This document shows, one piece after another, positions 13,331 through 23,619 of a stretch of DNA of 64,000 nucleotides (positions are counted from its first letter, which is position 1; every line of letters begins with the position of its first letter). A model generated the notes under the pieces. That model ran no database searches. It saw only the letters and a program-made list of their open reading frames with translations, and was not told where the DNA came from. This stretch comes from Squalus acanthias (Eukaryota), in the NCBI GenBank assembly GCA_030390025.1, contig CM059432.1:29762001-29826000 (forward strand), in the 5' to 3' direction. The position numbers and the translations under genes are program-made.

Positions 13331-13454
13331 GTGCTTGGAGTATTGCCAAGTATTTCCCTTTGCCTCACCGTTACCGCCTGTGCCTTCGGCTGCCCAGACC
13401 CCACGCTCGAGAATTCCTTCCCTAAACCCCTTTGCAACTCTCCATTCTCTTAGT

Positions 13455-13765
13455 CTTTCACATGAGATGTTAAATTGAGGTCCCATCTGTCCTCTCAGGT
13501 CGACGTAAAAGATCCCATGGCAGTACTTCGAAGAGGAGTAGGGGAGTTCTCTCCGGTGTCCTGGCCAATATTTATCCCTCAACTAACATCACTAAAACAG
13601 ATTATCTGGTCATTATCACATTGCTGTTTGTGGGAGCTTGCTGTGCTCAAATTGGCTGCCGCGTTCCCTGCATTACAACAGTGACTACACTTCAAAAGTA
13701 CTTCACTGGCTGTTAAGCGACTTGGGACATCCTGTGGTTGTTAAAGACGCTATATAAAAATGCCT
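13455..13765 (+). mobile_element. Deu-domain SINE (5' truncated)
   Basis: ctctcaggt..acgtaaaagatcccatggca...cctggccaatatttatccctcaac core plus L2-like tail. Confidence 0.85.
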
Positions 13766-14424
13766 CTTTTTTTCCCTCCTTTAAAAGGTGTTTCATAGAA
13801 TCATACAGCTTAGAAGGCTATTCGGCCCATTGAGCCAGTGCCGGCTCTTTGAAAAAACTATCCAATTATTTCCACTCCCCTGCTCTTTCCGCATAGCCTG
13901 CAATTTTCTCTGATTTGAGGTGGTTTGGAAGGTAATGAGTGAGAAAAGAGAATTTGGAAAACAGAAGAAGAAAAGAATTCAAAGAGATAAGGGATGAATA
14001 ATATTACACTTTTATACTGTGCTGAAGGAATGGGGTGTTGAGTCATTTTTTCAAAGCAACATAAGTGGGACTGACATTTTCACTGCATGCTCGCATCAGT
14101 TTGGCATCAGGTAAGGAAAAGGCTCTACAGTTACCAGGAGACCCAGCTCATTCAGTGGTAATAGTGAGCTCACATTAATCAATGGATAGGCCATCCACTG
14201 CGGTCCACAGGGCTCTTGCTGTGCCAATGTGTTTGCAGTGAGGCAAGGCCTCAGGTGTGCAGCTAACCCACACTTGAAAATCTCAATCCCAGATTTGCCC
14301 TAACAGCTCTGGTCAACCAATGTAAAATTCGGAGAAGGGTGGGTAGCAAAGAAATCGAATCCGTTGTGTTAACACCTAATAGGAGCTTGAAGTCATTACA
14401 AAGAAATGGAAATCCAAAAATAAA

Positions 14425-14850
14425 TAAAGAACTTGTGTTCGTATCGCTCCTTTCACGGCCTCAAGATGTCCCAAAGCACTTCACAGCCAGTACTTTTGAA
14501 GTGTAGTCACTGTTGTAAGGCGGTAAATGTGGCAGCCAATTTGCGCACAGCAAGGTCCCATAAACAACAATGAGATTTTGACCAGATAATCTGTTTTTTT
14601 TAGTGATGTTCATTGAATGATAAATATTGGCCAGGACACCGAATAATGCTATGGGATCTTTTACATTCTCCTGAGAGGGTAGAGGGGGCATCGGTTTAAT
14701 GTCCCATCCAAAAGATGGTACCTCTGACAGTGCAGCACTCCCTCAGTAGTAGCACTGAAGTGTCAGCCTGGATCATGGGCTTAAGTTTCTGGGGTGGAAC
14801 TTGAACCCACGACCTTCTGACTCAGAGCGCTACCACTGAGACAAGGCTGA
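14425..14850 (-). mobile_element. Deu-domain SINE, near full length
   Basis: Reverse complement of a tRNA-like head (tcagtggtagc...gggttcaagttcc), the core and the tail. Confidence 0.85.
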
Positions 14851-15216
14851 AACCAGATCTGACAGAAAGTGTACTGCCAGTTTAACTAATCACAAGGTAA
14901 ACTCTCATTTGCTCATTATAAAGTCAAACAGCTGGTGAATTTTTCATCATCGTGGTCTGTCACGCAGGTGATTCTGGGCCTCCGAAATGTTGATTGGTCA
15001 CAGCGGCAGGAAGGTGACAGCTGGTGTATCTGATTAATTAACAGATCGGGACATGAAGCAAGTCCCCGGCGAGGGAGATCTATTTGCAAACTGCGGGCAG
15101 CAAGTCACAGAGGGAACGACCGCACGTAACACAAACATGGTTGGGGAGTTGGTGGGTGGAGAGGCTGAGACTGTTACGAATTAGTGAGACAACTGTGTCA
15201 GATTCTATTACAACAA

Positions 15217-15385
15217 AGGAAGGTAGGGGTTAATGTTTCAGGTCGATGACCTTTCGTCAGAGTCTCTGATTAAAGATCATGGACCTGAAACGTTAACCCC
15301 TACCTTCCTCTCTCCACAGATGCTGCCTGACCTGCTGAGCGTTTCCAGCATTTTCTGTTTTTATTTCAGAATCTGCAGTATTTTT
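15217..15385. mobile_element. PLE-derived family A remnant with fold-back (15217-15309)
   Basis: aggaaggtaggggttaa...cagag t ctctg...ttaacccctaccttcct. The turn lies at the 5' edge of the hammerhead core, and the family A 3' sequence follows. Confidence 0.75.
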
Positions 15386-15549
15386 CTTTTTTTGTTCAAT
15401 TAAACAAATATTGACAGAATATTCCCACATTTTTCCAGTGAAGTGTCTTTCCATTGCCTCACTGGCGATCTTTTATGTCATCTAACAGTTTTCTATTAAA
15501 GTGAGAAGTCGCACAATACCAGGTTATAGTCCAACAGTTTTATTTGAAA

Positions 15550-15587
15550 TCACAAGCTTTCGGAGCGGCTGCTCCTTCGTCAGGTGA
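15550..15587 (-). ncRNA. Minimal type I hammerhead ribozyme motif, PLE family B (insert 15500-15610)
   Basis: Minus strand: UCAC-CUGACGA-A-GGAGC(AGCC)GCUCC-GAA-AGCU-U-GUGA. The insert is flanked by a 13-bp TSD agttttctattaa (15487-15499, 15611-15623). Confidence 0.75.
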
Positions 15588-16139
15588 AGTGAAGGAATAC
15601 AAATCGACAAAGTTTTCTATTAAGCAGCTAGCAGGTTATTCAACCCATTAACTCCCTCTCCCCTTTGATCAACCACACTAAAATTCCAGCTTACCGTTTA
15701 GTTTTCAGTTCCGATGAGGAGTTTACACCTATCCTTTCCCGTTATTGATCTGCTTCAATTTTCTGTTGTTCTTTTAATAGATTGAGTTTTGAATTTAATC
15801 AAGTAAAGTGGAGGAGGCAAAGAAATGGCGTGAGATTAGTAAAAAAAAAAATGGACTCCCCTGTCCCCTGGTAGGACAGTGGTGATTGCTCTACTCCAAA
15901 CGGAACTGAGGCCTTCAGAACAGGAAAGCCCAAATCTCAGTCCCTTGTCTGTGTTGAGTTAGCTACTCTTAGATGGGTGGTGGTTAGTTAAACTATAATT
16001 GGTCTCAGCTCTCCAGGCTAGAGAGGGAAGTAAAATCCGCCAGAATTGCTGCTCCTGGTCACTATCCAGACTCCCTGCTAGAAAATGCACTTATGCAGAT
16101 CTCAGCTGTGATGCCCACCATAGTTAACTAGCCTGCTAA

Positions 16140-16540
16140 TATAGCACTCTTGCCTCTGAGTCAGAGGCTGTGGGTTCAGATCCCACACCAGAGACTTGAG
16201 CGCAAAGTTTAGGCTGGCACTCCAATGCAGGACTGAGGAAGTGCTGCACTGTCGGAGGTGCCATCTTTAGGATGAGACGTTGAACCGAAATCCAGTCTGC
16301 CCTCTCAGGCAGACATAAAAGATCCCATGGCACAATTTTGGAGAAGAGCAGTGCCGTTCTCCCTGGTGTCCTGGCCAATATTTATCCCTCAACTAACATC
16401 ACTAAAACAAATTGGCTGATGCATTTCCCAACATTACAATAGTGGGTACACTTCAAAAGTATTTCATTGGCTGTAAAGCGCTTTGGGACATCCTGAGGTC
16501 GTGAAAGGCGCTATATAAATGCAAATTTTCTTTCTTTTTC
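16140..16540 (+). mobile_element. Deu-domain SINE, near full length
   Basis: tagcactcttgcctctgagtcagagg..gggttcagatccc head, core and ggcgctatataaatgcaa tail. Confidence 0.85.
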
Positions 16541-17363
16541 AATGTCTAGGCTTACACAGAAAGGTGCCAAGGTTGTTGCAGCTCCATTGTTTTGGCTAGA
16601 GTTTTGGCATTAGAGTCAACCACATAGCGTGGAACAGGAGTCAAAAGTGTAGGACAGAGTGGGTAGAAGTGGCAGCTTCCCTTCCCTGAAGGACATTAGT
16701 GAACTAGTTTTGTCCTTATGACAATCCGGCAATTTTAATGGTAATTTCTTCGGATGGCAGTTCACAAATTGGCAGATTTATTAAATTCAATTTCATAGCT
16801 TGCCATGGTAGGATTAGAACTCCACTCCACTGGGTTCTTAGTCCTCCATCAATGCTACATTTGACAATTGGGGCCATGTTCCATTTCTCACCATTAACAT
16901 CCCTTAACCTGATGAATGCAAAAAAATGACCAAGAGAAAGTTACCAGATCAGTCTCACTGAAAGCTCAGTTTGATGCAGATTGTAATATGGATTTGTGCT
17001 GGTTTGAGGGTTAAATACTGTCAAACGGATTGTTAGTAAAATATTGGCATTCTCAAACCTCTCCAGTTTGTCCTTCAAGTAAATCTTTTCTGCACTGAGT
17101 AAACAGTCTGGAGCAATATGCTCCATCCCTCCCATCTCCTCACCTCCCCTATGTATAGACAAGTCTGGATTTGTTGGTGATTAACAGCTCCCATCATGCA
17201 ATGAGAGATTGCTAAGCAGCACTGGAGCCAGCTGAAGAATCCAGAACTTGCTTTACTCTATTAACCCCTCAGTGGCCATTCGCTGCTGTCAGAGCCTTCT
17301 GGCAACAGACACTCATGTCCAAGAATCCATAAATAGCAATCATTACACTGTAAATGAATGAGC

Positions 17364-17720
17364 GCATTACAAGATGGAATTGTACAGATAAAGCAGCTTA
17401 TTACAGGAGGGAGCTGTATAGAGCAGTGTATTACAGGATGGAATTGTACAGAGCAGTGTATTACAGGAGGGAGTTGCACAGAGCAGTATATTACAGGAGG
17501 GAGCTGTATAGAGCAGTTTATTACAGGATGGAATTGTACAGAGCAGTATATTACAGGATGGAATTGTACAGAGCAATTATATTGTATTACACAAGGGAGC
17601 TGAGCAGAATAATATATTGCACAAGGAAGCTGTACAGAACAGCATATTACACAAGAGAGCTGTACAGAGCAGTGTATTACAAGAGGGAATTGTACAGAAC
17701 AGTGTATAACAGAGGGAATA
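17364..17720. repeat. 30-bp minisatellite (~12 units)
   Basis: Unit gagcagtgtattacaggagggagctgtaca, degenerate at the edges. It produces spurious periodic ORFs. Confidence 0.9.
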
Positions 17721-17851
17721 TACTGACAGCTATGTTGGTTGATGCTTCCAGCACCCTCTTGAGAATTTCATTGACTATGCTTCCATTTTTCATCTCGGGG
17801 TCAAATATGACACCAAGTTTGCAAACAGTGGTTCAGCCTCAGACAGTTGGC

Positions 17852-18532
17852 AGGGAGAGGGATGGAGTCGGTGGCTACAGAGCGGAGTTTGTGGTGGGGA
17901 CACAGGACAATGGCTTCGGTCTTCCCAATATTTAGTTGGAGAAAATTTCTGCTCATCCTGTACTGGATGTCGGACAAGCAGTCTGACAATTTAGAGACAG
18001 TGGAAGGGTTGAGAGAGGTGATGGCGAGGTAGACTCAGGTGTCCCCAGCCTACATGTGGAACCTGACGTTGTGTTTTCGAATGAAGTCACCGAGGGGCAG
18101 TATGTAGATGAGAAATAGGAGAAAACAGATTATCTGGCCATTTATTTCATTACTGTTTGTGGGAGCTTGCTCTGCATAAACTGGCTGCCACGTTTCACCA
18201 CATTACAACAGTGACTACACTTCAAAATATGTTTCATTGGCTGTGAAGCGCTTTGGGACTTCCTGAGGTCATAAAAGGCAACTTTTCTCTTTCACTTCAA
18301 GTGGAAAATCCCAGAACTGGCAGCAGCGGGGTAGGGGCGTGGGAGCAATGTTCTGGAGATCCCGCAGTAGCTCATCGGCTTTTAAATCCTGCCCTCACTC
18401 TCAACTTTCACATAAAGAATGGCTACATTAGTGAGGTACAAATGAGCAGCGGGCAAGCCACAGTAGCAGATCCTGTGATGGGTGGGCATTCAAAAGGAGA
18501 GAGAAAACGACAGGAGGGAAGAACTTTAAAAA
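17852..18532 (+). repeat. Local segmental duplication, copy B
   Basis: Colinear with 1-800, with a 117-bp deletion between aaat microhomologies. Confidence 0.9.
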
Positions 18533-18879
18533 CATCACTGAAACAGATCATTGGCTGTAAAGAGTTTTGGGACATCCTGAGGTCATGAAAGGCGCTGTAT
18601 AAATGCATCATTTATTTAAATAGAGAATAAAAGAGATTTCAACATCTATCGCTTTCCCTTATCTATACTCTCCGTGCTTTCCAGAAGAATTAAATTAAGT
18701 TAGTCAGGCACAATCTGCCCTTTACAAATCAATGCTGACTCTCCTTGATTAACACTTTCCTTTGTAATTGTTCACTAACTTCATCCAGTATTATGAACTC
18801 TAGATAGTAGATTGTACCAATATGCACTCCCAACTTAGAGCTTTGATTACTAGGAATGTTTGTTGGGAATTTGAGCATT

Positions 18880-19246
18880 GAGATCAGCATACCACACAAG
18901 AGTTCCCATCCATTTGGTTCCGATAGGACTGTTCCTTCTTTGATATCCTTGTTGACTCTGATCCACCACCATTTCCAGCCGTCCTTCCCCCGGCACCTTC
19001 CTATACAACCACAGGAGATTGCAATTCCTGTGCATGTACCTCCTCCCACACCGCTGTCCAAGGTTCCAAACACTCCTTCTACTTGAGACAGCAATTCACG
19101 TGTACTTCCTCCTATCTCACTTTCTGCATTCACAGCTCACTGAGGAGACCAAACACGTTTGCCAAATACCCCTGCCTGTCTGCAGGTGTGACCTTGACCT
19201 CCCTCTGACTGACCACTTAAATTTCCTCTCCCATTCCCACACTGAC
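18880..19246 (+). pseudogene. Penelope-like element zinc-finger linker/GIY-YIG endonuclease remnant
   Basis: Frameshifted reading PGTF..NHRR/CNSCACTSSHTAVQGSKHSFYLRQQFTCTSSYLTFCI...ETK...LPLTDHLN..SHSHTD, matching the PLE endonuclease layout. Confidence 0.65.
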
Positions 19247-19247
19247 T

Positions 19248-19500
19248 ACGGGGGTGCGGATAAATCGGAGGAAACTCTTGTGGGTCTGTTCCTGGAGCTG
19301 GTCATCTATAGGTCCAGCATGGACGTGGCTCAGGGGATGGGGGTCACTCTGGCTACCTGCTTTTCTTTCACAGTCTTGTCCGTACCCGGTTGGCCCTGGA
19401 GAAAGAACATGTGGTGTCCGCTTGAGGCCTTCTGCGACTGGGGCCGGGGCACCACAAGGACTGGAGTGTTTTGTGGACATCAGGAATAATATTGTAACTT
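19248..19500 (+). mobile_element. Tx1/L1-clade fragment
   Basis: Homologous to 1650-1938 (tggccctggagaa..a.cat/cgcggtgtcc). Confidence 0.6.
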
Positions 19501-20349
19501 AGTCTCATAAGTTTCCCTTTGTTTTGTTCAAAGTTATTAAAGAACAGAAAAAAGATCTGATAACCTTGATTAGGCAACTCATTACTGTTGCAGCTGATTG
19601 TTCTTTTGAAGTTTAACCTTGTCTGATGATGTCAATCACCTTATAAGGCTGAAGACAAGTCTAAAAAAGTAAAAAAGGACCAGTCTTGCCTTTGGTCTTT
19701 TTTACAGTTCCAACTAGTTTCAACACAAGCTTCGGGAAGAGTATCTCGCTTTTCTCCTGGCATTCTGCAGCCCTTTGACATTGACTTGAGCAACTTCTGG
19801 TCTTAGGCATATCCTTCTTTTTCTTTACCGTACAGATTGCTGGTGATGAGGAGTGGTTGGTGTCAAGGGGGAAGGGAGGCAGGTTGACCTTTTAGCTGTA
19901 GTTCCTTTGTCAAAACACAGTGCTCTGGTGTTGTACTATTGTTGTCTTCTTTTGGGACTGGTGAAACCATTTTGTTGTGCCATCGCTTTCTGATCCATTT
20001 CAAACTTCCTGGACTTGCAGGGGCCTTTTTTTCTCTCCCAGTTCCCCCATTTTCTCACTATTTTCCCATTCTTTGCTTTCCATTATCACACTGGTGATCA
20101 TTCCATTATCGAACCGTTTTCTATTAAGCAGTTTGCAAGTCATTCAACCCATTAACTCCCTTTCCATATTGGAGTATTTAATTTATTGTTTCTGTTCCTT
20201 TGATTTTTTTGTCTATTTTCCATTGCTTATCTTTTAGTTTTCAATGCAGTTGAAGCATCAACGTACTACTTTGGAGATGCTGATCAACCTGCTGTGTATT
20301 TCCTGCATTTTCTATTTTTATTTCAGATTTTCATCATTTGCATTTGTTT

Positions 20350-20676
20350 TGACTGAGAGATGTACAGACAGTGCAGTGCATTATAGGAGAGATTTGCACA
20401 TATTACAGGAGCGGGCTGTGCAGAGGGAGCTGTGTAGAGGAGTGTATTACAGGAGCGAGCTCTACAGACATAGCACTAGAATACAGGAGGCAGCTGTACA
20501 GACACAGCAGTGTATTACGAGGCAGCTCTCTAGAGGAGCATATTACAGGATAAAGCTGTACGGACAGAGCAGTGTATTACAACAGGGAGCTGTGTAGAAG
20601 ACGTATTACAGGAGCGATTTGTACAGATAGAGCAGTTTATTACAGGAGGCCGCTGTGCTGACAGATCAGTGTATTC
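20350..20676. repeat. Degenerate 30-34 bp minisatellite of the same family as 17364-17720
   Basis: Repeated gcagtgtattacaggag..agctgtacaga. Confidence 0.8.
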
Positions 20677-21354
20677 CCACCCATCTCCTTACCTCCCTCA
20701 TGTGCAGATTACGGAACAAGTCTGGATTTGTTGCTGATGACTCCAATTAGCAGCTCCCATCATGCAAAAAAGAGATTAGCCGAACAGCACTGGAGCCAGT
20801 TGAAGAATCCAGAACTCACTTTACACTATTAACCCCACTAATGTCCACTTGCTGCTGTCAGAGTCCTCATGCCTTAAGAGACAAGATAAATCAACAAATA
20901 GTAGTTAGGTGATGTCAAGTTTAGGTTTGAAGAGCATGTAAATTGTAGAAGAGACGGACAACTGGATTGGGGGGACGGGGTGATCGTAGCGACTTCTACA
21001 GCCTTGACTTCCTGAGTAAGGGTAAGAGAGAATTGCAATGAGTCTTGATTTCAACATAGTGAGGATAAACGGAGGAGGAAGTTGGTATTTTTGGAGCGTA
21101 GCAGAAATAAACAGGGAATGCCCCATTCTGAATTACACAATGTTGCTGCGGAAACGATCTGGAGAAAAAAGTGTTCTCCCCCCCTTCCCCTCTCATCTCA
21201 CAAATTCAACAACTCCTCGCTGGAGTACACTTCTCTAAGCACCAGCCTCCTCTAATAATACAGCCAAGCGGGCAGCTGTTCAGCTAATCCAGTGGAAATT
21301 AGCGGCTGCAGGAGAACGAAGATCTGACCCTTCCATTTAGATATGTTTTATTTT

Positions 21355-22065
21355 AGAACCTCAGGGTGTTCCAAAGCGCTTTACAGCCAATTTACACTTC
21401 TGAAGTGTAGACACTGCTGTAATGTGGGAAATGCGGCAACCAAAATGCGCAAGGCAAGGTCCCACAAACAGCAATGACATAAATGACCAGATAATGTTTT
21501 AGCAACACGGTGGCATAGTGGTTAGCACTGTTGCCTCACAGCGCCAGGGACCCGGGTTCGAATCCGGCCTCGGTTGACTGTCTGTGTGGAGTTTGCACAT
21601 TCTCCCCGTGTCTGCGTGGGTTTCCTTCGGGTGCTCCGGTTTCCTCCCACAGTCCAAAGATGTGCGGGTTAGGTTGATTTGGCTATGATAAATTGACCCT
21701 TAGTGTTAGGGGGGATTAAATACGTGGGGTTACGGGGATAGGGTGGGATATGTGTCGGTGCAGGCTCGATGGGCCGAAATGGCCTCTATCTGCACTGTGG
21801 GGATTCTGTGATTCTGTGATTCAATGTTGGTTGAGGGATAAATATTAGCCAGGACACCAGAGGGAACTCCTCTGCTCTTCTTCAAATAGTGCCATGGGAT
21901 CTTTTACATCCACCTGAGAGGTCAGACGAGGCCTCGGTTCAACAAAGACAGCACCTCAGCACTGCACTGAAATGCCAGCATAGATTATGGGCTCAAGTCC
22001 CTGGAGTGGGACCCAGAACCTTCTGACTCAGAGGCGAGAGTGCTACCCGCTGAGCCAAGGCTGAT
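21355..22065 (-). mobile_element. Deu-domain SINE interrupted by a younger SINE
   Basis: The host SINE sequence resumes in register at ~21823 (aatgttggttgaggg). Confidence 0.85.
21502..21822 (+). mobile_element. HE1/V-SINE-type tRNA-derived SINE, full length
   Basis: A box tggcatagtgg, B box ggttcgaatcc, V-domain ctgtgtggagtttgcacattctccccgtgtctgcgtgggtttcc and a CR1-like (gattctgt)n tail. Confidence 0.9.
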
Positions 22066-23040
22066 TAGCCATCAGCATGCAGGTATACAGGTTATGATAA
22101 TACAGGTAGTTCTCAAGTCTGCTGATAATATTGTAAAAAGAAAATCATCTTAAGTAGGTCAAACGAAGTATGGATCCTGTCTCTTAAATAACCTGATAAA
22201 TTGTGATCCGCCAAAACAATGTCTGAAGTTGATTAATTTTGGAATGCAAAACGCTCACACTACGCTGTAAATCCTCAGAGGCTCAAGTCCCACAAGACAG
22301 TGTTTTTTTTTTCCCCCTTGGTTTTAACATTGTGATAAGGGACAACAGATGGGAAATTAGGCCAGTTTTTTTTTTCAATTATCTTTATGGGGAGGAGAGG
22401 AAAATTTCATGAGACTATCATGCAGTTACCAAGTTGGTAGAAGGTGAACTAGATGGGCCGTGGTCTTTTTCCATCTAGCAGTTCCTATATTCCTAGGAGG
22501 TAGTTGAAGCTCTCGATTCAAGTCCAATAAGAATTAGATTTATGGTGACTTAGTAGCTAAATGCAAATTCCTGCTACTGAACCAGACAGATCTGAAATGT
22601 CCCAGATTCGATCCCTGGATTATATTGGAGTTAGCTGAACTTAGTTAAATGGCAATAGAGGATGCTGCAGCTGGTCTCGGCACAGGTGAGTCCCTGCTCC
22701 TAATTCCCATCCTGTAACATCTGCTGAAAAGTGCGTATGTGTGCACATGAGGGGAGGACAAATTGGATTTAGTTATGATGCTCCCACATCCCACAATGGG
22801 TTTATAGGGTAGATTCAGCGATTCCACAATCCCATCTGGGAGCCATGCTTGAAGGGAGTGTGGGCTACAGAATTAATATTACAATGTTGAATATCTCCAG
22901 CTGACACCCTTTTGAGTCTGACTGCTGGGATTGTGAGGTCGCTGAATTTATTCTAACACGCAAGTGATTTTCTCACTGTATAATGTGCTCACAGATTTTT
23001 TGTAAAAGGTGCAACAAATATGTTTCTCCATGAAGACTAT

Positions 23041-23209
23041 GGGGGTGAAATTGGTCTTCGGCAGTAGCGCAAAATGAGCAACAATCGGTAGCCTGTTTTA
23101 CATCCTACCGGATTGACTTTAATAGAAAATAAAATCGGCTGGTGTGTAAAACGGACTGCAATCCATTATAGCTTGTTCTGTACTACTGCCAAAGACAAAT
23201 TTCACCCCC
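23041..23209. mobile_element. Palindromic MITE (169 bp)
   Basis: 27-bp TIRs gggggtgaaattggtcttcggcagtag with 2 mismatches. A second copy lies at 34915-35057. Confidence 0.8.
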
Positions 23210-23619
23210 AATATCTCTTTCAAAACAACACAAAATTTAGCTCCATGGAAGGGAATCTATCCCCACTGGAATTCTCTGTATCGGATTCAACAAATGGTGG
23301 GCTGTACCCAGGCCTTAGCTATGGACTTCTCTTTCTTCTGGTTTGTCAGTTTAGTTTAGGTGGCAGAACTCTCGCCTGTGAGTCAGAAGGTTGTGGATTT
23401 GAGATCCACTCCAGAACTTGAGCATATAAACTAGACTGCCATTTCAATGCAATTCTGAGGGAGTGCTACATTGTCAGAGGTGCTATCTTTCAGATGACGC
23501 ATTAAACTAAGAGCACATCAACCTGTTCAAGTGGATGTGAAAGCCCCATGGCACCCTATGAAGAGGAGCAGGGAGTGTCTTGAGCAATATTCATCCCTTG
23601 ACTAACACCACCACCATCA

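Noticed and set aside
17354..17935. 193-aa ORF with RRELYRAVYY repeats; array superficially CRISPR-like
   Set aside because: It is the translation of a 30-bp head-to-tail minisatellite with no unique spacers, in eukaryotic DNA.
21502..21580. tRNA-like sequence with A and B boxes
   Set aside because: It is the head of an HE1/V-type SINE and continues into the SINE body and tail.
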